From: Macrostomum lignano
Lineage: Eukaryota
Direction: 5' to 3'
DNA length: 64,000 nt
Assembly: GCA_002269645.1 (NCBI GenBank)
Contig: NIVC01002479.1
Coordinates: forward strand, 62,001 to 126,000
The notes beneath the pieces are model-generated. The model saw nothing but the letters and a program-made list of their open reading frames with translations. It was not told the origin of the DNA and ran no database searches. The translations under genes were made by a program, and so were the position numbers. Shown here one piece after another: positions 61,187 to 64,000 of this stretch. The stretch's first letter is position 1; each line of letters starts with the position of its first letter.

Positions 61187-61409
61187 GTAAGCATGCAAAT
61201 TTTGTTTTATTTTACGAACAACAGGATTTATATTTGTGAAGATTAAGAAAATTTGAAAATTTGAACGAATAAAAATTTAGAGATATGAGTAATCGAATCT
61301 TGTTGATTTATGCTCACGCGGCGCTGAGTTCGCGATAAAATACAGGAGGCTACTCATGACTTTAATGTGCGCCGATTGAGCACAGGGAATTTAGAGTGAA
61401 CGGAAGACT

Positions 61410-62690
61410 GGGGGAGAGAGTGAGATAATAAGAGAATGAGATAGAGAGACAGTGAGAGAGTGAGAGAGTGAGACAGTGAGACAGTGAGTCAGTGAGAGAG
61501 TGAGAGAGTGAGACAGTGAGAGATTGAGAGAGTGAGAGAGTGAGTCAGTGAGAGAGTGAGAGAGTGAGACAGTGAGAGATTGAGAGAGTGAGAGAGTGAG
61601 TCAGTGAGAGAGTGAGACAGTGAGAGGCAGACAGTGAGAGGCAGACAGTGAGAGAGTGAGAGAGTGAGTCAGTGAGAGAGTGAGACAGTGAGAGGCAGAC
61701 AGCGAGAGGCAGACAGTGAGAGGCAGACAGTGAGAGAGTGAGAGAGTGAGAGAGTGAGACAGTGAGTCAGTGAGAGAGTGAGAGAGTGAGACAGTGAGAG
61801 ATTGAGAGAGTGAGAGAGTGAGTCAGTGAGAGAGTGAGAGAGTGAGACAGTGAGAGATTGAGAGAGTGAGAGAGTGAGTCAGTGAGAGAGTGAGACAGTG
61901 AGAGGCAGACAGTGAGAGGCAGACAGTGAGAGAGTGAGAGAGTGAGTCAGTGAGAGAGTGAGACAGTGAGAGGCAGACAGCGAGAGGCAGACAGTGAGAG
62001 GCAGACAGTGAGAGAGTGAGAGAGTGAGTCAGTGAGAGAGTGAGACAGTGAGAGGCAGACAGTGAGAGGCAGACAGTGAGAGAGTGAGAGAGTGAGTCAG
62101 TGAGAGAGTGAGACAGTGAGAGGCAGACAGTGAGAGGCAGACAGTGAGAGAGTGAGAGAGTGAGTCAGTGAGAGAGTGAGACAGTGAGAGGCAGACAGTG
62201 AGAGGCAGACAGTGAGAGGCAGACAGTGAGAGAGTGAGAGAGTGAGTCAGTGAGAGAGTGAGACAGTGAGAGGCAGACAGTGAGAGGCAGACAGTGAGAG
62301 AGTGAGAGAGTGAGTCAGTGAGAGAGTGAGACAGTGAGAGGCAGACAGTGAGAGGCAGACAGTGAGAGAGTGAGAGAGTGAGTCAGTGAGAGAGTGAGAC
62401 AGTGAGAGGCAGACAGTGAGAGAGGCAGACAGTGAGAGAGGCAGACAGTGAGAGAGGCAGACAGTGAGAGAGGCAGACAGTAAGAGAGGCAGACAGTGAG
62501 AGAGGCAGACAGTGAGAGAGGCAGACAGTGAGAGAGGCAGACAGTGAGAGGCAGACAGTGAGAGGCAGACAGTGAGAGGCAGACAGTGAGAGGCAGACAG
62601 TGAGAGGCAGACAGTGAGAGGCAGACAGTGAGAGGCAGACAGTGAGAGGCAGACAGTGAGAGAGGCAGACAGTGAGAGGCAGACAGTGTT
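61410..62690. repeat. Compound GAGAGTGA / GAGAGGCAGACAGT satellite in complexin intron 1
   Basis: Direct reading. Confidence 0.93.
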
Positions 62691-63194
62691 GGTGACACCA
62701 GGCGGGTGGCGACACGTCTCTCTAATGCGAATAGCGGAAGTAAAAGGAGTGAATCAGGAAACGAGCGAAAAGCGAGAGGCAAAGGAGAAAACCGAGTTAG
62801 TAAATGGGGGTCAGGCCGCGTTTCCCCCAAGGGGGATTTTGCTCGGCGCTAAATGGCCGAGAACGGAGCGGCGGTGCGCAGGTTAATCCCATTTTTTGGT
62901 TGTTAAGCCTCGTGGTTTCTCGTGTCAAATCCGAGTGCAGAGAAAAGCCCAGCCGTCTCAGGCGGACCCCGGCGCGCAAGTCACAAACAGGATGGGGGGG
63001 GGAATAGCGACTGGCTGAGTTACCGGCTGGATTTGGCTGTTTCATTATCTAACTCATTTATTAAACTCCTGAGCAGAGCGGGTTGATAGGGCTTGAGGTG
63101 ATAATTTCCGTATGTTTTTTCCTGGGAATTTATGCCGGAAAAATAGTAAGACAAAAATTCTAAGGATAAAGAGAGCGGAGAGAGACAATACATA

Positions 63195-63820
<626 letters not shown>

Positions 63821-64000
63821 CGGCAGATCTCTCCATGCAATTCCGCTCAAACAGATAAAGTAAGCAGCAAAGCCATGAAACAGGCCGATTTTCAGCTGTT
63901 GATAATCGATCTGAGGATAAATTTCAGTGAGATTCGGCTTTAAAGCTTGGAGGAAATTATCCCCTCTTCCGCTTCCATCCCACTGTCCCCGCAGGCGCCA

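Noticed and set aside
62700-62900. Second complexin exon
   Set aside because: The translation (IAEVKGVNQETSEKREAKEK...) lacks the complexin accessory/central helix pattern and has no convincing acceptor in phase 1.

Overview
This is eukaryotic (animal) genomic DNA, not prokaryotic. It has GT-AG spliced genes with GC-rich exons, AT-rich spacers and a very high load of private minisatellites that mostly sit inside introns. That style, plus signs of long-read indel errors, fits a free-living flatworm such as Macrostomum, but this is inference only. Genes reconstructed by hand: (1) the 3' end of a large coiled-coil gene built from ~12 near-identical 357-bp (119 aa = 17 heptads) repeats (+, 1-5668); (2) a stand-alone cytochrome b5-type heme-binding protein (-); (3) an EF-hand/WD40 protein of the WDR49/WDY type (+), whose true C-terminal exon lies at 17967-18135, beyond the ORF-track stop; (4) an 8-exon, 839-aa CLC-3/4/5-type Cl-/H+ exchanger (-); (5) NTF2 (+), which has no start codon of its own; (6) a 3-exon, 442-aa class A neuropeptide-type GPCR (-); (7) a 4-exon, 82-aa secreted prohormone-like peptide gene (+), not resolved by the ORF track and head-to-head with the GPCR; (8) the first coding exon of complexin (+). 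Mobile DNA: a hAT-like MITE, two tRNA-headed CORE-like SINEs, a 750-bp retroposed insert with a 15-bp TSD, a decayed Penelope-like RT and a possible solo LTR. Most notable observations: the peptide/GPCR divergent pair, a 26-fold tandem array of a splice donor in a CLC intron, a start codon for NTF2 that may be supplied by a spliced leader, intron inflation by in-situ minisatellites, and a CpG-poor spacer enriched for TAGGCCTA. Most long ORFs in the track beyond 40 kb are read-throughs of simple repeats.
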